Below, one piece after another: positions 1-10,484 of a stretch of 64,000 bases of DNA. Below the pieces are notes generated by a model. The model searched no databases and had not been told where the DNA came from. It saw only the letters and a program-made list of their open reading frames with translations. The DNA lies in assembly GCA_051892935.1 (NCBI GenBank), contig JBJFGS010000025.1:80813-144812 (forward strand). Direction: 5' to 3'. The stretch comes from Candidatus Coprovivens sp. GTDB lineage: Bacteria; Bacillota_I; Bacilli_A; RF39; UBA660. The translations under genes and the position numbers were made by a program. Position 1 is the first letter of the stretch. Each line of letters starts with the position of its first letter.

Positions 1-48
1 CAACTTATAAACGAATTAGAACAAAGAATAGAAGAACTTTCAGAATAA
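1..48 (+). CDS. 3' end (last 15 codons, ...QLINELEQRIEELSE*) of an upstream gene cut by the window edge
   Basis: Open frame from position 1 to TAA at 46-48, followed by a terminator hairpin. Too short to identify. Confidence 0.25.
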   Translation, partial: QLINELEQRIEELSE

Positions 49-57
49 AAAATAAAG

Positions 58-84
58 AATGTAGCTTAATGCTACATTTTTTTG
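58..84 (+). terminator. rho-independent terminator
   Basis: Hairpin AATGTAGC-ttaa-GCTACATT followed by TTTTTTT. A TATAAT (85-90) and an AAAGGTGA RBS precede the ATG at 109. Confidence 0.6.
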
Positions 85-108
85 TATAATAAAAAAGGTG
101 ATTTATAA

Positions 109-2295
109 ATGAAAAAAGCAGAGCTACTAATACCTGTTGGAAATCAAGAATGCTTAATAGCAGCAATTCATAATGGAGCCGATGCAGTATACCTTGGTGG
201 AAAAAAATTTGGAGCAAGAGCATATTCAAACAATTTCAATGAAGAAGAAATGGTAAAAGCAATAAAATTATGTCATCTATACGGAGTAAAAATATATGTA
301 ACAGTAAACACAATGATTTATAATGAAGAAATAAAAGAAGTATTAAACTATCTAAATTTTCTTTACATTAATAATGTTGATGCCGTAATAATGCAAGATA
401 ATGGGTTAATAGAACTAGCAAGAAAATTAATACCTAATTTAGAAATACACGTTTCAACACAGGCTCATAATCATAACTCTCCAGCAATACAGCACTACAA
501 AGAAATAGGATGTACTAGAGTAGTATTTGATCGAGAATCATCACTAGAATCAATAGCTAATATAACTGTAGACATAGAAAAAGAAGTCTTTATATATGGA
601 GCACTATGTATTTGCTACTCAGGAAACTGCTTATTTAGCGCCTTAAACGGCGGTAGAAGTGCTAATAGAGGAATGTGTGTAGGTTCATGTCGTCTACCAT
701 ATACTTTATACAAAAATAACCAAAAACAAAAAGAAGGATACTTACTAAGTACAAAAGACTTAAATACACTTCCTAATCTTAAAGAAATACTAGATAAAAA
801 GATTGATTCTTTAAAAGTAGAAGGTCGTATGAAAAGCAAAGAATACGTAGCAATAGTAACAAAAACATTCCGTAAACTAATTGATGACTACTACAACAAA
901 AAAGAAATAATCTTTACACAAGAAGATAATGAAAAACTATTACAAACATATAATAGAGAATTTACAAAAGGATACCTATTTAATGAAGATAATATAATAA
1001 ATAATAAAACATCAAATCACCAAGGAATAAAAATAGGTACAGTAATTGGCGTAAATAACAAAAAAATAACTATTAAGTTAGATAAAGATTTATATCAAAA
1101 CGATGCAATTAGATTTGATAAACCAAATAAAGGTATGTATGTAAATACCCTATATAATAATAAAGGACTACTAGTATCAAATATAGCCAAAGGAAACATA
1201 TGCCAAGTAGACAATAAAGAAAGAATTATGATTAAAGACCTACTAGGCAGTAACGTTCTAAAAACAATAGATACAAAACTTAATGAAGAACTAAATCAAA
1301 TAACAGAAAAGAAAATACCTATCAATATAACATTTAAAGCCAAAATAGACGCAAATAGCACACTTTCCATAACAGATAATACAAATACCATAGAAATAGA
1401 AGGAACAATAACAGAAGAAGCTAAATCATCCCCTATAACAAAAGAACGTATTATAGAACAAATTACTAAACTAGGATCAACACCATTTACACCAAATCAA
1501 ATATTAGTAGATATAGATAGAAATATATTTATTAATATAAAAGAACTAAACGAACTAAGAAGACAAGCAGTAGAAAAACTAATAAATAAAAAAGAAGGAC
1601 ATTCCAAATCAGAAATACACCTTAGCATTCCATCTCCAATAGAAAAAATAAGTAATAATCCTAAAATAAGTATCTTAGTAAGAAACGAAGAACAATTAAA
1701 TATAGCACTAAGAAATAATATAGACTATATATATGTAACAGAAGAAAAAATATACCAAAAATATAAAACATATAAAAATATTTATTTAAGACTAAACAGA
1801 GTAATAGAAAATCACCCAGACTATGAAAACGAAAGACTTCTATGTACAGAATTTGGTTCTATAATAAAATATAATAAAAATAATAGCATAAGAACAGATT
1901 ATTATCTAAATGTTGCAAACGATTATACCATAAACAAACTTATTAAATTAAACAGTAATTCTATTACTTTGAGTGTAGAATTATCAATAGAACAACTAAA
2001 AAATATAAAAAATAAAGAAAAATCAGAAATATTAATATATGGAACACCAGAATGTATGATTATTAAAAATAATATATTTAATATAAAAGAAGAAAATGCC
2101 TACTTATTAGATAATAAGAACAATAAATATCCTATAATATATGATAATTATACTCATATCTTCAATCATACCAAAATTAATTTAATAGATAAAATTCCTA
2201 TATTAAAAAACTTTGGCACATATAGAATAGAATTATTAAACGAAAATATAATAGAAACACAAACAATTATAAATAAAATAAAAGATATGTTATAA
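109..2295 (+). CDS. peptidase U32 family protein (collagenase-like, long form with C-terminal extension)
   Basis: 728 aa. The N-terminal 300 aa have the typical U32 signature (LLIPVGN..., GADAVY, EGRMKS). Strong RBS. Confidence 0.8.
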   Translation: MKKAELLIPVGNQECLIAAIHNGADAVYLGGKKFGARAYSNNFNEEEMVKAIKLCHLYGVKIYVTVNTMIYNEEIKEVLNYLNFLYINNVDAVIMQDNGLIELARKLIPNLEIHVSTQAHNHNSPAIQHYKEIGCTRVVFDRESSLESIANITVDIEKEVFIYGALCICYSGNCLFSALNGGRSANRGMCVGSCRLPYTLYKNNQKQKEGYLLSTKDLNTLPNLKEILDKKIDSLKVEGRMKSKEYVAIVTKTFRKLIDDYYNKKEIIFTQEDNEKLLQTYNREFTKGYLFNEDNIINNKTSNHQGIKIGTVIGVNNKKITIKLDKDLYQNDAIRFDKPNKGMYVNTLYNNKGLLVSNIAKGNICQVDNKERIMIKDLLGSNVLKTIDTKLNEELNQITEKKIPINITFKAKIDANSTLSITDNTNTIEIEGTITEEAKSSPITKERIIEQITKLGSTPFTPNQILVDIDRNIFINIKELNELRRQAVEKLINKKEGHSKSEIHLSIPSPIEKISNNPKISILVRNEEQLNIALRNNIDYIYVTEEKIYQKYKTYKNIYLRLNRVIENHPDYENERLLCTEFGSIIKYNKNNSIRTDYYLNVANDYTINKLIKLNSNSITLSVELSIEQLKNIKNKEKSEILIYGTPECMIIKNNIFNIKEENAYLLDNKNNKYPIIYDNYTHIFNHTKINLIDKIPILKNFGTYRIELLNENIIETQTIINKIKDML

Positions 2296-2312
2296 TAAAA
2301 ATAGGTGATAGT

Positions 2313-2933
2313 ATGATAGATTTAAAAACTTGTAAAACAAAAGATCTAGACGATATATTCTATGCAACAAAAGAAAGTCAAGGAACTGAAAATGCTATAT
2401 CAGCAATTAAATATGTTTTATTCGATGATGATTCTGTATTAGAAGGAAAAAAACCTGAAGATAATAAATACTTATATATATCATCTACAAATAATGCCCG
2501 AAAAAAAGCTATGTTAATGCAACAAGACGATATAACACATATTTTAATAAAGTATTGCATGTCTACGTTTGGCTTAAGAGGAAAAGATTTTATTGTAAAC
2601 GAAGAAGAATTACTATTAAATCTTCAACGTATAGAAAGACTAGAACTAAGTGCTTATGAAATGATTGAACAAATAGCCTATGCAGCAATAGGAAATATTT
2701 ATAATGCCATAGATCTTCTATATGGCAATCAAAATATTTTTAACGAAATAGTAGATTACATGTTATCAGAAAGATATATCTCAGAGTACAAAGATTCACT
2801 TGACAATTTTTCAGGAATTATTGATAATAATAACATTGATTCAGAAAAACGTTTTGCTTTTTATGATGCATATTGCAATATAGACAAAACATTCGAAGAA
2901 ATAAAAAGAAACAATCCAGATTATATAAAATAG
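2313..2933 (+). CDS. hypothetical cytoplasmic protein
   Basis: 206 aa ORF with an RBS (AGGTGA). No recognisable motif. Confidence 0.4.
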   Translation: MIDLKTCKTKDLDDIFYATKESQGTENAISAIKYVLFDDDSVLEGKKPEDNKYLYISSTNNARKKAMLMQQDDITHILIKYCMSTFGLRGKDFIVNEEELLLNLQRIERLELSAYEMIEQIAYAAIGNIYNAIDLLYGNQNIFNEIVDYMLSERYISEYKDSLDNFSGIIDNNNIDSEKRFAFYDAYCNIDKTFEEIKRNNPDYIK

Positions 2934-2948
2934 AAAAGAGTAGAGTTT

Positions 2949-3413
2949 ATGAAAAAAAATAAAAAAGAACTTGATATAAAAGAAAATTTAAAAGATTTAG
3001 GCAAAAAAAGTAATGGATTTTTATCAGAATTTAAGAAATTTATTGCTCGTGGAAACGTAATGGATCTTGCCGTTGGTGTAATTGTTGGAACAGCATTTAC
3101 AAGTATAGTAACAAGTCTATCGAATAATATTTTACTCCCTTTAATAGGAATTGTTATTGGTGGATTTAATTTTAAAGAACTTTCACTTGAATTTACAGCT
3201 TGGGGAAATCCAGTCACATTAAATTATGGTTTATTTATTCAAAGTACTGTAGACTTCCTAATAACAGCATTTTGTGTTTTCGTAATAGTAAAAGTATTAA
3301 ACAACTTATTTAGTAAAAAAGAAAAAAAAGAAGAACCCAAAGCTCCTGTTAAATCAGATGAAGTTAAGTTATTAGAAGAAATTAGAGATTTATTAAAAGA
3401 ATCAAATAAATAA
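2949..3413 (+). CDS. mscL: large-conductance mechanosensitive channel MscL
   Basis: FIARGNVMDLAVGVIVGTAFTSIV... TM1/TM2 signature. Has about 20 aa of N-terminal extension and a charged C-terminal tail. Confidence 0.85.
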   Translation: MKKNKKELDIKENLKDLGKKSNGFLSEFKKFIARGNVMDLAVGVIVGTAFTSIVTSLSNNILLPLIGIVIGGFNFKELSLEFTAWGNPVTLNYGLFIQSTVDFLITAFCVFVIVKVLNNLFSKKEKKEEPKAPVKSDEVKLLEEIRDLLKESNK

Positions 3414-3471
3414 AAAGTAGATAGAGTAATATGAACTGAACCCCAAAAGTTGGACAGTTTATAAATAGTTT

Positions 3472-4322
3472 CTAATTAGAGGATTGTAACCTGTAATTCA
3501 CGGGAGACAGTCCTTTTAATTTTACTTTAATTCTATCGTAATTATAATAATAAATATAGTCATCAATCGCTTTTATCAAATCATCTAATGTTTTATAATT
3601 ATCCTCTTGGTCATAAAACATTTCTGTTTTAAGTATACCAAAGAAATTTTCCATCATTCCATTATCCATACTATTTCCTTTTCTAGACATACTTTGTTTT
3701 ATACCATTATTTTTTAATCTTTGCTGATAAGATTGATGTTGATATTGCCATCCTTGATCTGAATGAAATATTAATCCTTCTAAATTATTATTTTTATTAA
3801 ATGCTTTATTTAGCATATCATTAATTTGTTCTAAGTTTGGTGATTTAGAAGTATTATAAGAAATTACTTCGCCATTATATCCATCTAATATTGGTGATAA
3901 ATAACATTTTTCACCACGAAGATTAAATTCAGTAACATCTGTATACCATTTTTCATTTGGTTTGTCTGCATAAAAATTTCTATCGATTAAATTATCGGTA
4001 ATTTTACCTATAGTTCCTTTATATGATGAATATTTTCTTTTATTTCTTTTTAACGGTTTTAAACCTAATTTAACCATTATTCTATAGACTTTTTTATGGT
4101 TAACATTATAACCTTAATTTCTTAATTCTAATGTGATTCTACGATAACCATATCTTTCTTTATTATTAATAAATATTTCCTTTATTTTATCATTATTTCC
4201 TTATTTTTATCATCTTTATCTATTTTAGATAAAGTATAATAATATACTGATTTAGCTAAACCAGATATTTTCAGAAGAATCACTAATGGATATATTAGCC
4301 GAAGTTCACTTACAACATTTAC
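3472..4322 (-). pseudogene. IS3-family transposase OrfB (rve/DDE integrase core), inactivated
   Basis: The -1 frame entered from the A AAA AAG slippery site gives VNVVSELRLIYPLV...EIMIK. It then needs a +1 nt correction in an A-run (gataaaataaagg). It also contains an in-frame TAA (ELRN*GYNVNHKKV). The intact C-terminal part is the track ORF 3472-4077 (HSDQGWQY...SMSRKGNSMDNGMMENFFG). Confidence 0.7.
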
Positions 4323-4825
4323 TTTTTCTTCTGTTGTTGATTCTTCCTTGCTTGAACAACGGCTCTCAATTTTTTTGAGTATTCTAGCTCCGCTTTTAAA
4401 TATAAATTTTCTTCTTCCAATCTTTTTATTTTTTCTTTATCTGTTTCATTTTCTTTTTTCTTTGTTACTTTAGGCATAGTTGACCGTCCTCGCTTTCGTT
4501 CAACTATATTATAACCATTTTCTATATAATTTTTAATCCAATTTTGTAACATTCCATAACTTAGTAAACTCATATCCAAAGCAACAGACCATACGGCCTC
4601 ACCATTAATTAAAACTCTATCAATAGCTTCTTGTTTTTCGAATCTTGTATGATTTTTATTTTTACCAGCTCTTAAAATATCTATTCCGTGTTTATCAATT
4701 AGTGCAATTAGATAATTTATTAGACATTTTCTAACTTTATACTTATTTGATAAACTGCATATGGACATTCCATTCTTTTTATCATTATACAAATTTATTT
4801 TATCTTCATAAGTTAATTTTGACAT
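4319..4825 (-). CDS. IS3-family transposase OrfA (HTH plus leucine zipper)
   Basis: 168 aa, IS150 OrfA-like. Ends in ...ARKNQQQKKK* with the canonical A AAA AAG programmed -1 frameshift motif immediately before the stop. Confidence 0.75.
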   Translation of the reverse strand: MSKLTYEDKINLYNDKKNGMSICSLSNKYKVRKCLINYLIALIDKHGIDILRAGKNKNHTRFEKQEAIDRVLINGEAVWSVALDMSLLSYGMLQNWIKNYIENGYNIVERKRGRSTMPKVTKKKENETDKEKIKRLEEENLYLKAELEYSKKLRAVVQARKNQQQKKK

Positions 4826-4900
4826 ATAAAAACCTCGTTTCTATTTTGTCCAAGAAACGGGGTTCATATCAATACTCAAATCTACTTTTTTATTTAATAA

Positions 4901-5812
4901 TTAAACTTTTTCTACTAATTTAATAGATTTATCTACTAAGTAATTAATATTTTCATCTCTACATACTGTATCTTTTTTAGTATGAATTTTATCTATATAT
5001 TCAAAATGCTTTCCTCTAATTACTGAACAAACACCTACACCATTAGTAAAATTAGCTTGATCAGATGGATAAATAGCTCCTTTAGTAATCATATCAGTAA
5101 TAACATTATTATCACTAGTATAAACATCTTTTAACAAATCTACATTTTTAATAGCTTTTTTATTAAAAATAAACATAATTTTATCTCCATCAGAAACACA
5201 ATCAAAATTAATTAGTAGCTTTTCTTTCATAACATCCTTATGCTTAGAAGCAAAAGATGCAGAACCTATAAGTCCAGATTCTTCTAAATCAAACAAGATA
5301 AAAGCAACTTTATCTTTTAAATTATCAGGTATTTTATTAATCATTTCTAGAATAGTTAATACACCAGATGTGTTATCATTAACAGTAGATTTATTTGCTG
5401 GACCAAACATTATTAAACAAACAAATAATATTATAATAAAATCATATATAAGTTCTAATAATAACTCATTAATTGGAAACAAAAATGAAATTCCAATAGT
5501 AATAAAAGCAGAAACAAATACAATTAAGAATAATAATAAAATTTGATATAAAACATAAATAAAAATATTTGTAGGTGTAATAAAATTAGGAACAGGTAAT
5601 ACAGCACAAGTATCATAATGAGCCGTAAATAAAACCTTAGCTTTACTAACATCACCAATAACTATATTTCTACTACCAAAATATCCTTTTTCAATTGATA
5701 TGTCATATTTAGAATCTTTTAATTCCTCTTTAACATAACTAATAAACTCATTTTTTTGTTTTTTATTTTTTCTAACCATATACTTATTTAAAATAGTATC
5801 TTTATACTTCAT
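4901..5812 (-). CDS. M28-family metallopeptidase-like protein with an internal hydrophobic (transmembrane) insert
   Basis: HYDT, DNTSGV and DLEESGLIGS zinc-ligand motifs. Start moved to the ATG (MKYKDTIL) preceded by GGAGGAAG. The track start at 5917 is unsupported. Confidence 0.55.
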   Translation of the reverse strand: MKYKDTILNKYMVRKNKKQKNEFISYVKEELKDSKYDISIEKGYFGSRNIVIGDVSKAKVLFTAHYDTCAVLPVPNFITPTNIFIYVLYQILLLFLIVFVSAFITIGISFLFPINELLLELIYDFIIILFVCLIMFGPANKSTVNDNTSGVLTILEMINKIPDNLKDKVAFILFDLEESGLIGSASFASKHKDVMKEKLLINFDCVSDGDKIMFIFNKKAIKNVDLLKDVYTSDNNVITDMITKGAIYPSDQANFTNGVGVCSVIRGKHFEYIDKIHTKKDTVCRDENINYLVDKSIKLVEKV

Positions 5813-5847
5813 ATAAACTTCCTCCAAAAAAAGAGCAATCATTGCTC

Positions 5848-6018
5848 TTAATAATATATTAACATTCCAAAAATAGATATCAAAGAACCTAAAATCATAA
5901 CAAGAGCCATAATCCAACCAACAATTTTCATTACTAATTTTCTTTTTTGATTGGCAGTCATTTTTTTCTTTTTAGGTTTAATTTTTTCTTCGACTTCATC
6001 TTTAATTTTTTTTGCCAT
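5848..6018 (-). CDS. small membrane protein (56 aa), not in the ORF track
   Basis: MAKKIKDEVEEKIKPKKKKMTANQKRKLVMKIVGWIMALVMILGSLISIFGMLIYY. RBS AGAGGTGA 7 nt before the ATG. Hairpin AAGAGCAAT-c-ATTGCTCTT at the stop. Confidence 0.35.
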   Translation of the reverse strand: MAKKIKDEVEEKIKPKKKKMTANQKRKLVMKIVGWIMALVMILGSLISIFGMLIYY

Positions 6019-6102
6019 TTAAAATCACCTCTAACTATATAAACTAAATATAATTTATCATATTTTTCACCTTAAGTAAATAAATTTAATCAGGTGAAAA
6101 AT

Positions 6103-6669
6103 ATGATAAGAATAATATCGAAGTATAAAAATATCTATATATTTCTAATAACACTAGCTATAATCGGTGCAATAAGTGGTTATCTATATTATCAGATTCA
6201 ACCAACTAAAACTAAAGAAGAAATAAAAACAAACGTCAACATCAAAGAAAGCATAAATTCAAGAGTAAATAACTTATCTAAAAACTTAAAAAATAATATA
6301 AAAATATTCTTTTATTCACTATTAATAATACCTATAATAATAAATATCTTTAATATATTTTATAAGCCTTTCGAAATAGGTTTTATTTTTAATTTATTAT
6401 CAAAATATAATATTAAACTATCATTAATATATACAAACATATACTTAAATATTCCTTTTATAATAAGTATCATCCTAACTAGAATAAGTATAACTTTCAT
6501 ATATAATATAATAAAATACATTATAATAAGAGATAATAAATCAAAAGTATTAATAAAAAATACATTTAAAAAATACATTATAATAATAATTATTTCAATA
6601 CTATACGATATATTAATTATCATCACTAGTCCTTATATAAACAGATATTTAATGACATTTATTAAATAA
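6103..6669 (+). CDS. polytopic membrane protein, Ile/Leu/Asn-rich, function unknown
   Basis: 189 aa from an ATG with an AGGTGA RBS (the track starts at a GTG at 6094). Several predicted TM helices. Confidence 0.5.
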   Translation: MIRIISKYKNIYIFLITLAIIGAISGYLYYQIQPTKTKEEIKTNVNIKESINSRVNNLSKNLKNNIKIFFYSLLIIPIIINIFNIFYKPFEIGFIFNLLSKYNIKLSLIYTNIYLNIPFIISIILTRISITFIYNIIKYIIIRDNKSKVLIKNTFKKYIIIIIISILYDILIIITSPYINRYLMTFIK

Positions 6670-6700
6670 TAATGTTATAATTAATAATAGAGGTGATGAT

Positions 6701-8368
6701 ATGGAAGCACTAGCTATCAGCGCAGCAAATTTAAATACCATAGAAGAAAACTTAGGAGCAGTTGCCAAAGAATTATCTGGAGTCATAAATAATGTTTCAA
6801 CAGTAAATGATCAAGTAAATAAAGTAGAATCAAAAGTAGAAACACTTAATGACGAAGTAAAAAGCCTAGTTAAAGAAATAAGAGAAACTACTATAATAAC
6901 AAACGCTCGTCAATCTATTATGTATAACAACTCAGAAATAGAAAAAAAATATGGATACTACGATAAAGTAAGAAGAACAACTGAATCCCTATTAGATGCT
7001 ATTGAAAACTCATCAATAAGAAAAAATTCTCTTCAAGAACTAAATCAAGAAATTATTTTAAATAATCCAAATTACTGGTTATCTTCTGCTTTAGCTGCAT
7101 TATCATCATGGTTATTAAACGATCGTACAAATACCGAAAAAGAATTAAATAACGCATTAAAAAAAGATAATAAAAAAACAAGTCTTTTCTTCTGTTTGAT
7201 AAATTTAAAATTACAAAGAACTCAAACATCTTTAAATTGGTTAAATAAATATCTATCTCTTCAAAATCCAACTAAATTAGATAAAGATTTTATAACTATC
7301 CTTGATTTAATTGCAACAGGTACTTTTGGTGATGAAGCCAAAAATACAGTATTAAAAAAAATAAATTTCTGGTTTAATAGTCTTAACTCTGAAAAAGAAA
7401 TACAAAACGAACAAAAAAGCATATGGAGCAATTTTTTAAAAACAAAACAAGATACCGATATAAGAATGCCAAATTTAGAAAACTATTCCCCAGATGTATT
7501 CAAACTAAAAAACAACTTAGCAATAACATCAACTTATATAAATGTCCTTAATCATTTAGAAAACATTATAAAAAGCGACACATCAAATAAAGGAATAAAC
7601 GAAATAATAAATAATTTAATATACGAATACGAATCAAATGAACAAATATATCAAAAAGACAATTTAAAAAATAATCTTATTATAGAATGTAATGGTAATA
7701 GAGAAGAAGCCGAAAAACTATTTAAAAAACAAGAAAGTATTTATAACAATGAAACCAATCTTCTAACCCTTTTAAGCAACATTATAATATATAAAAATTC
7801 ATACAGTATTAGTAATGAAACACAAAAAATAGCTTTATCACTAATGAAAGAATACATCCAAAACGCTATTGAAGAAATGAATGAAGAAATAAGTAAAGAT
7901 AACATCAATATATCAATAGACAAATTTAAAACAACAACCAAAGATGGAAGTAATTTAAAAGAAGCAAAACAAGACTTAGAAGCTTATCTAAGTACGATAT
8001 TTAATGAAGAAGATAAAGATTTAATAATTACTCTTTTAATAATAAATATTCTAGGAATAATAGGAATATTCATAACTTTAAACAGCAAAATTCTTTGTAC
8101 ATTATTAATAATAATAATTCTATTAGGAAATTTCATTTTACTATTTAAATTAAATCAAAGAAATAGGCTAAGAACAAGAGAAAAAAATAAATTGAGAATC
8201 AATATAGGAAATATCCTTGAAAGAGTCTTAGCAGAAACAACAGATTACAACAACTTAATGTTAGAAGACAACGAACATTATATAGAATTAAAAACATATC
8301 TAAACAATCTAGAAGCTGAAAACTACACAAAAAGTAACGACGAAAGAAATATTAATATAGGAGAATAA
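6701..8368 (+). CDS. coiled-coil protein with a C-terminal double transmembrane anchor, function unknown
   Basis: 555 aa. RBS AGAGGTGA. N-terminal heptad-like region. Two hydrophobic helices near residues 440-490. Confidence 0.5.
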   Translation: MEALAISAANLNTIEENLGAVAKELSGVINNVSTVNDQVNKVESKVETLNDEVKSLVKEIRETTIITNARQSIMYNNSEIEKKYGYYDKVRRTTESLLDAIENSSIRKNSLQELNQEIILNNPNYWLSSALAALSSWLLNDRTNTEKELNNALKKDNKKTSLFFCLINLKLQRTQTSLNWLNKYLSLQNPTKLDKDFITILDLIATGTFGDEAKNTVLKKINFWFNSLNSEKEIQNEQKSIWSNFLKTKQDTDIRMPNLENYSPDVFKLKNNLAITSTYINVLNHLENIIKSDTSNKGINEIINNLIYEYESNEQIYQKDNLKNNLIIECNGNREEAEKLFKKQESIYNNETNLLTLLSNIIIYKNSYSISNETQKIALSLMKEYIQNAIEEMNEEISKDNINISIDKFKTTTKDGSNLKEAKQDLEAYLSTIFNEEDKDLIITLLIINILGIIGIFITLNSKILCTLLIIIILLGNFILLFKLNQRNRLRTREKNKLRINIGNILERVLAETTDYNNLMLEDNEHYIELKTYLNNLEAENYTKSNDERNINIGE

Positions 8369-8370
8369 CT

Positions 8371-8547
8371 ATGAACGAAGAACAATTTAAAAAACTAGAT
8401 ATAGGCAATGAAATAAAAATAAAACCAGCTATTATTAATCTTCCAGAAAAAAAAGATAAAGATAATAAAAATGATGAAAAAATAATAGTCGAACTTCCAA
8501 CATGGAACATAGAACCACCTATAGAAATAAAAAGAGGCGAACAATGA
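8371..8547 (+). CDS. small protein (58 aa), not in the ORF track
   Basis: MNEEQFKKLDIGNEIKIKPAIINLPEKK...IEIKRGEQ. RBS AGGAGAA. Its stop overlaps the next start (ATGA). Confidence 0.35.
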   Translation: MNEEQFKKLDIGNEIKIKPAIINLPEKKDKDNKNDEKIIVELPTWNIEPPIEIKRGEQ

Positions 8548-8978
8548 CATACGAAGAATGGTTAAATACAATTGAAGAATTAAAACACCCAAACCTAAGC
8601 ATAGATAATCTAAATAAAATAAAAAACACCTCCTTAAATGAAAATATTAATCCTTTATTAATTCCTAAAATAGAAAATTTAGTTAAAGAAAGATTAAACA
8701 ACAGCATAAATAAAATAATTTTAAATCTTAGTGAAATATTTAGCGATATAAACTACTTAGATCTAACACTACTAAATTTTAAAAAAGAAATAAACTATAT
8801 ATTAGAGATAATCTCTATAAAACAATTACCAGAAGAAAAACAAAAAGAATTAAAAGACATGATAAAAGCCGAAAGTAATAATGTAATAGAAATTCTAAAT
8901 AAAGAAGCACAAAAGCTTGATTACACAGGTTCCTTATCATCAATAATAAATAACTATAGAATAAAATGGAGTGAATAA
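8544..8978 (+). CDS. hypothetical protein
   Basis: 144 aa from the ATG that overlaps the upstream stop. The track start at 8502 lies inside the upstream small ORF. Confidence 0.45.
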   Translation: MTYEEWLNTIEELKHPNLSIDNLNKIKNTSLNENINPLLIPKIENLVKERLNNSINKIILNLSEIFSDINYLDLTLLNFKKEINYILEIISIKQLPEEKQKELKDMIKAESNNVIEILNKEAQKLDYTGSLSSIINNYRIKWSE

Positions 8979-8979
8979 A

Positions 8980-10476
8980 ATGAATTACAATGAAGCAAAA
9001 GAATACTTAAAAAGATATTTAAAAGCAAGAATACCAGTTATTATAATTAATACAGCAGAAAAAAATCGTTCATTAAGATTAATTAAAGAAATTGCCAATG
9101 AAGCAAATATGAATTTTAATTTATATCAAATGTCTCAAGGAATATCTGATTTAAAAACAAATACAATAAAAAGCGAAGATAAAACAATAATGAGTGCCAT
9201 TGATTACATTGTAAACGAAATAAGACACCAAGAAAATAGTAATTTTATCATAAGTGATATATCAGATATATACGAATCAACCACCATTTCAAGGTACCTT
9301 GTAGATGTAATAGAAAAAGCAGAAACCATGTCTGGAGTAATAGTTTTAGTTACAAACGAACCAATTTGGTCAAATATTCAAAGATTAGGAATAACAATCA
9401 AACTAAACTACCCTACAGAATCAGAATTAAAAGAAACAATAATGAACACTATTTCTCCTTATAAAAACCAAATTGAAATAGAATGGGATGAAATAGACTA
9501 TGTAAATGCTGCAACATATCTTCAAGGATTAAGTGAAATGGAAGTAAAAAATATTATCTCATCATTAATTGTAAAAGGTTCAATAAAAAAAGAAGATTTA
9601 AAAGAACTAAAATATGCAAAACAAACTTTATTTAATGAAATAGCAGGGTTAGAAGCTATTGAAGTAGATGATGACTTTCAAATAGCTGGACTAGATAATT
9701 TAAAAGAATGGTTATATGAAAAGAAAACTTTAATGGATCCAGCAAAAAAAGAAGAGCTATCAAAAAGAGGAATTGCTGCTCCTCGAGGAATTCTACTAAC
9801 TGGAGTACCAGGTTGCGGAAAAAGTCTTTGTTCAAAAGCAACAGCAAGTATCTTTAATATTCCCTTATATAGACTTGATTTAGCAACTGTTCAAGGTCAA
9901 TACGTTGGTCAATCAGAAAAACAACTCAAAGAAGCTCTAGATACAGCAGAATACGTTTCCCCTTGTGTTCTTTGGATTGATGAAATAGAAAAAGGATTAA
10001 ACGATTCAAATTCTAGTGTTACATCAAAAATGATTGGCCAATTCCTATTTTGGTTACAAGAATGTGAAAAGCCCGTATTCGTAATAGCATCAGCTAATAG
10101 CGTTGAATCACTACCACCAGAACTAATAAGAAAAGGACGTTTTGATGAAATATTCTTCGTTGATTTACCAAACGCATCCGAAAGAAAACAACTACTAAAA
10201 TTATATTCAAATAAATATTTAAAAGTAGAAATAAGTGAAGAACTAAAAAACAAACTAGTCTCAATAACCGAAGGATTCGCAAGCGCTGATATTGAGGCAA
10301 CAATTCGTAATATAGCATATAAATTAATTGCCAATAAAGATATCGAATTAACAGAAAGACTTATAATAGAAGAATTATCAAAAGTAGTATCACTATCCAA
10401 AACAAATCCAGAAAAAATAGAAAAAATACGAAAATGGGGACAAGAAAGAGCAACCAAAGCATCAAAAGATATATAG
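8980..10476 (+). CDS. classical-clade AAA ATPase with a roughly 250 aa N-terminal domain of unknown function (YjoB-like?)
   Basis: Walker A GVPGCGKS, Walker B VLWIDEIE, second region of homology with RKGRFDEIFFVDLP. ATG with a GGAGTGA RBS. Confidence 0.75.
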   Translation: MNYNEAKEYLKRYLKARIPVIIINTAEKNRSLRLIKEIANEANMNFNLYQMSQGISDLKTNTIKSEDKTIMSAIDYIVNEIRHQENSNFIISDISDIYESTTISRYLVDVIEKAETMSGVIVLVTNEPIWSNIQRLGITIKLNYPTESELKETIMNTISPYKNQIEIEWDEIDYVNAATYLQGLSEMEVKNIISSLIVKGSIKKEDLKELKYAKQTLFNEIAGLEAIEVDDDFQIAGLDNLKEWLYEKKTLMDPAKKEELSKRGIAAPRGILLTGVPGCGKSLCSKATASIFNIPLYRLDLATVQGQYVGQSEKQLKEALDTAEYVSPCVLWIDEIEKGLNDSNSSVTSKMIGQFLFWLQECEKPVFVIASANSVESLPPELIRKGRFDEIFFVDLPNASERKQLLKLYSNKYLKVEISEELKNKLVSITEGFASADIEATIRNIAYKLIANKDIELTERLIIEELSKVVSLSKTNPEKIEKIRKWGQERATKASKDI

Positions 10477-10484
10477 GTGATAAA

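Larger units (their letters stand above)
3432..4866. mobile_element. IS3-family (IS150-like) insertion sequence, about 1435 bp, degenerate copy
   Basis: Imperfect terminal inverted repeats TGAAC(TGAAC)CCC...TTGGACA at 3432-3456 and 4847-4866. Contains orfA and a broken orfB. Confidence 0.75.
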
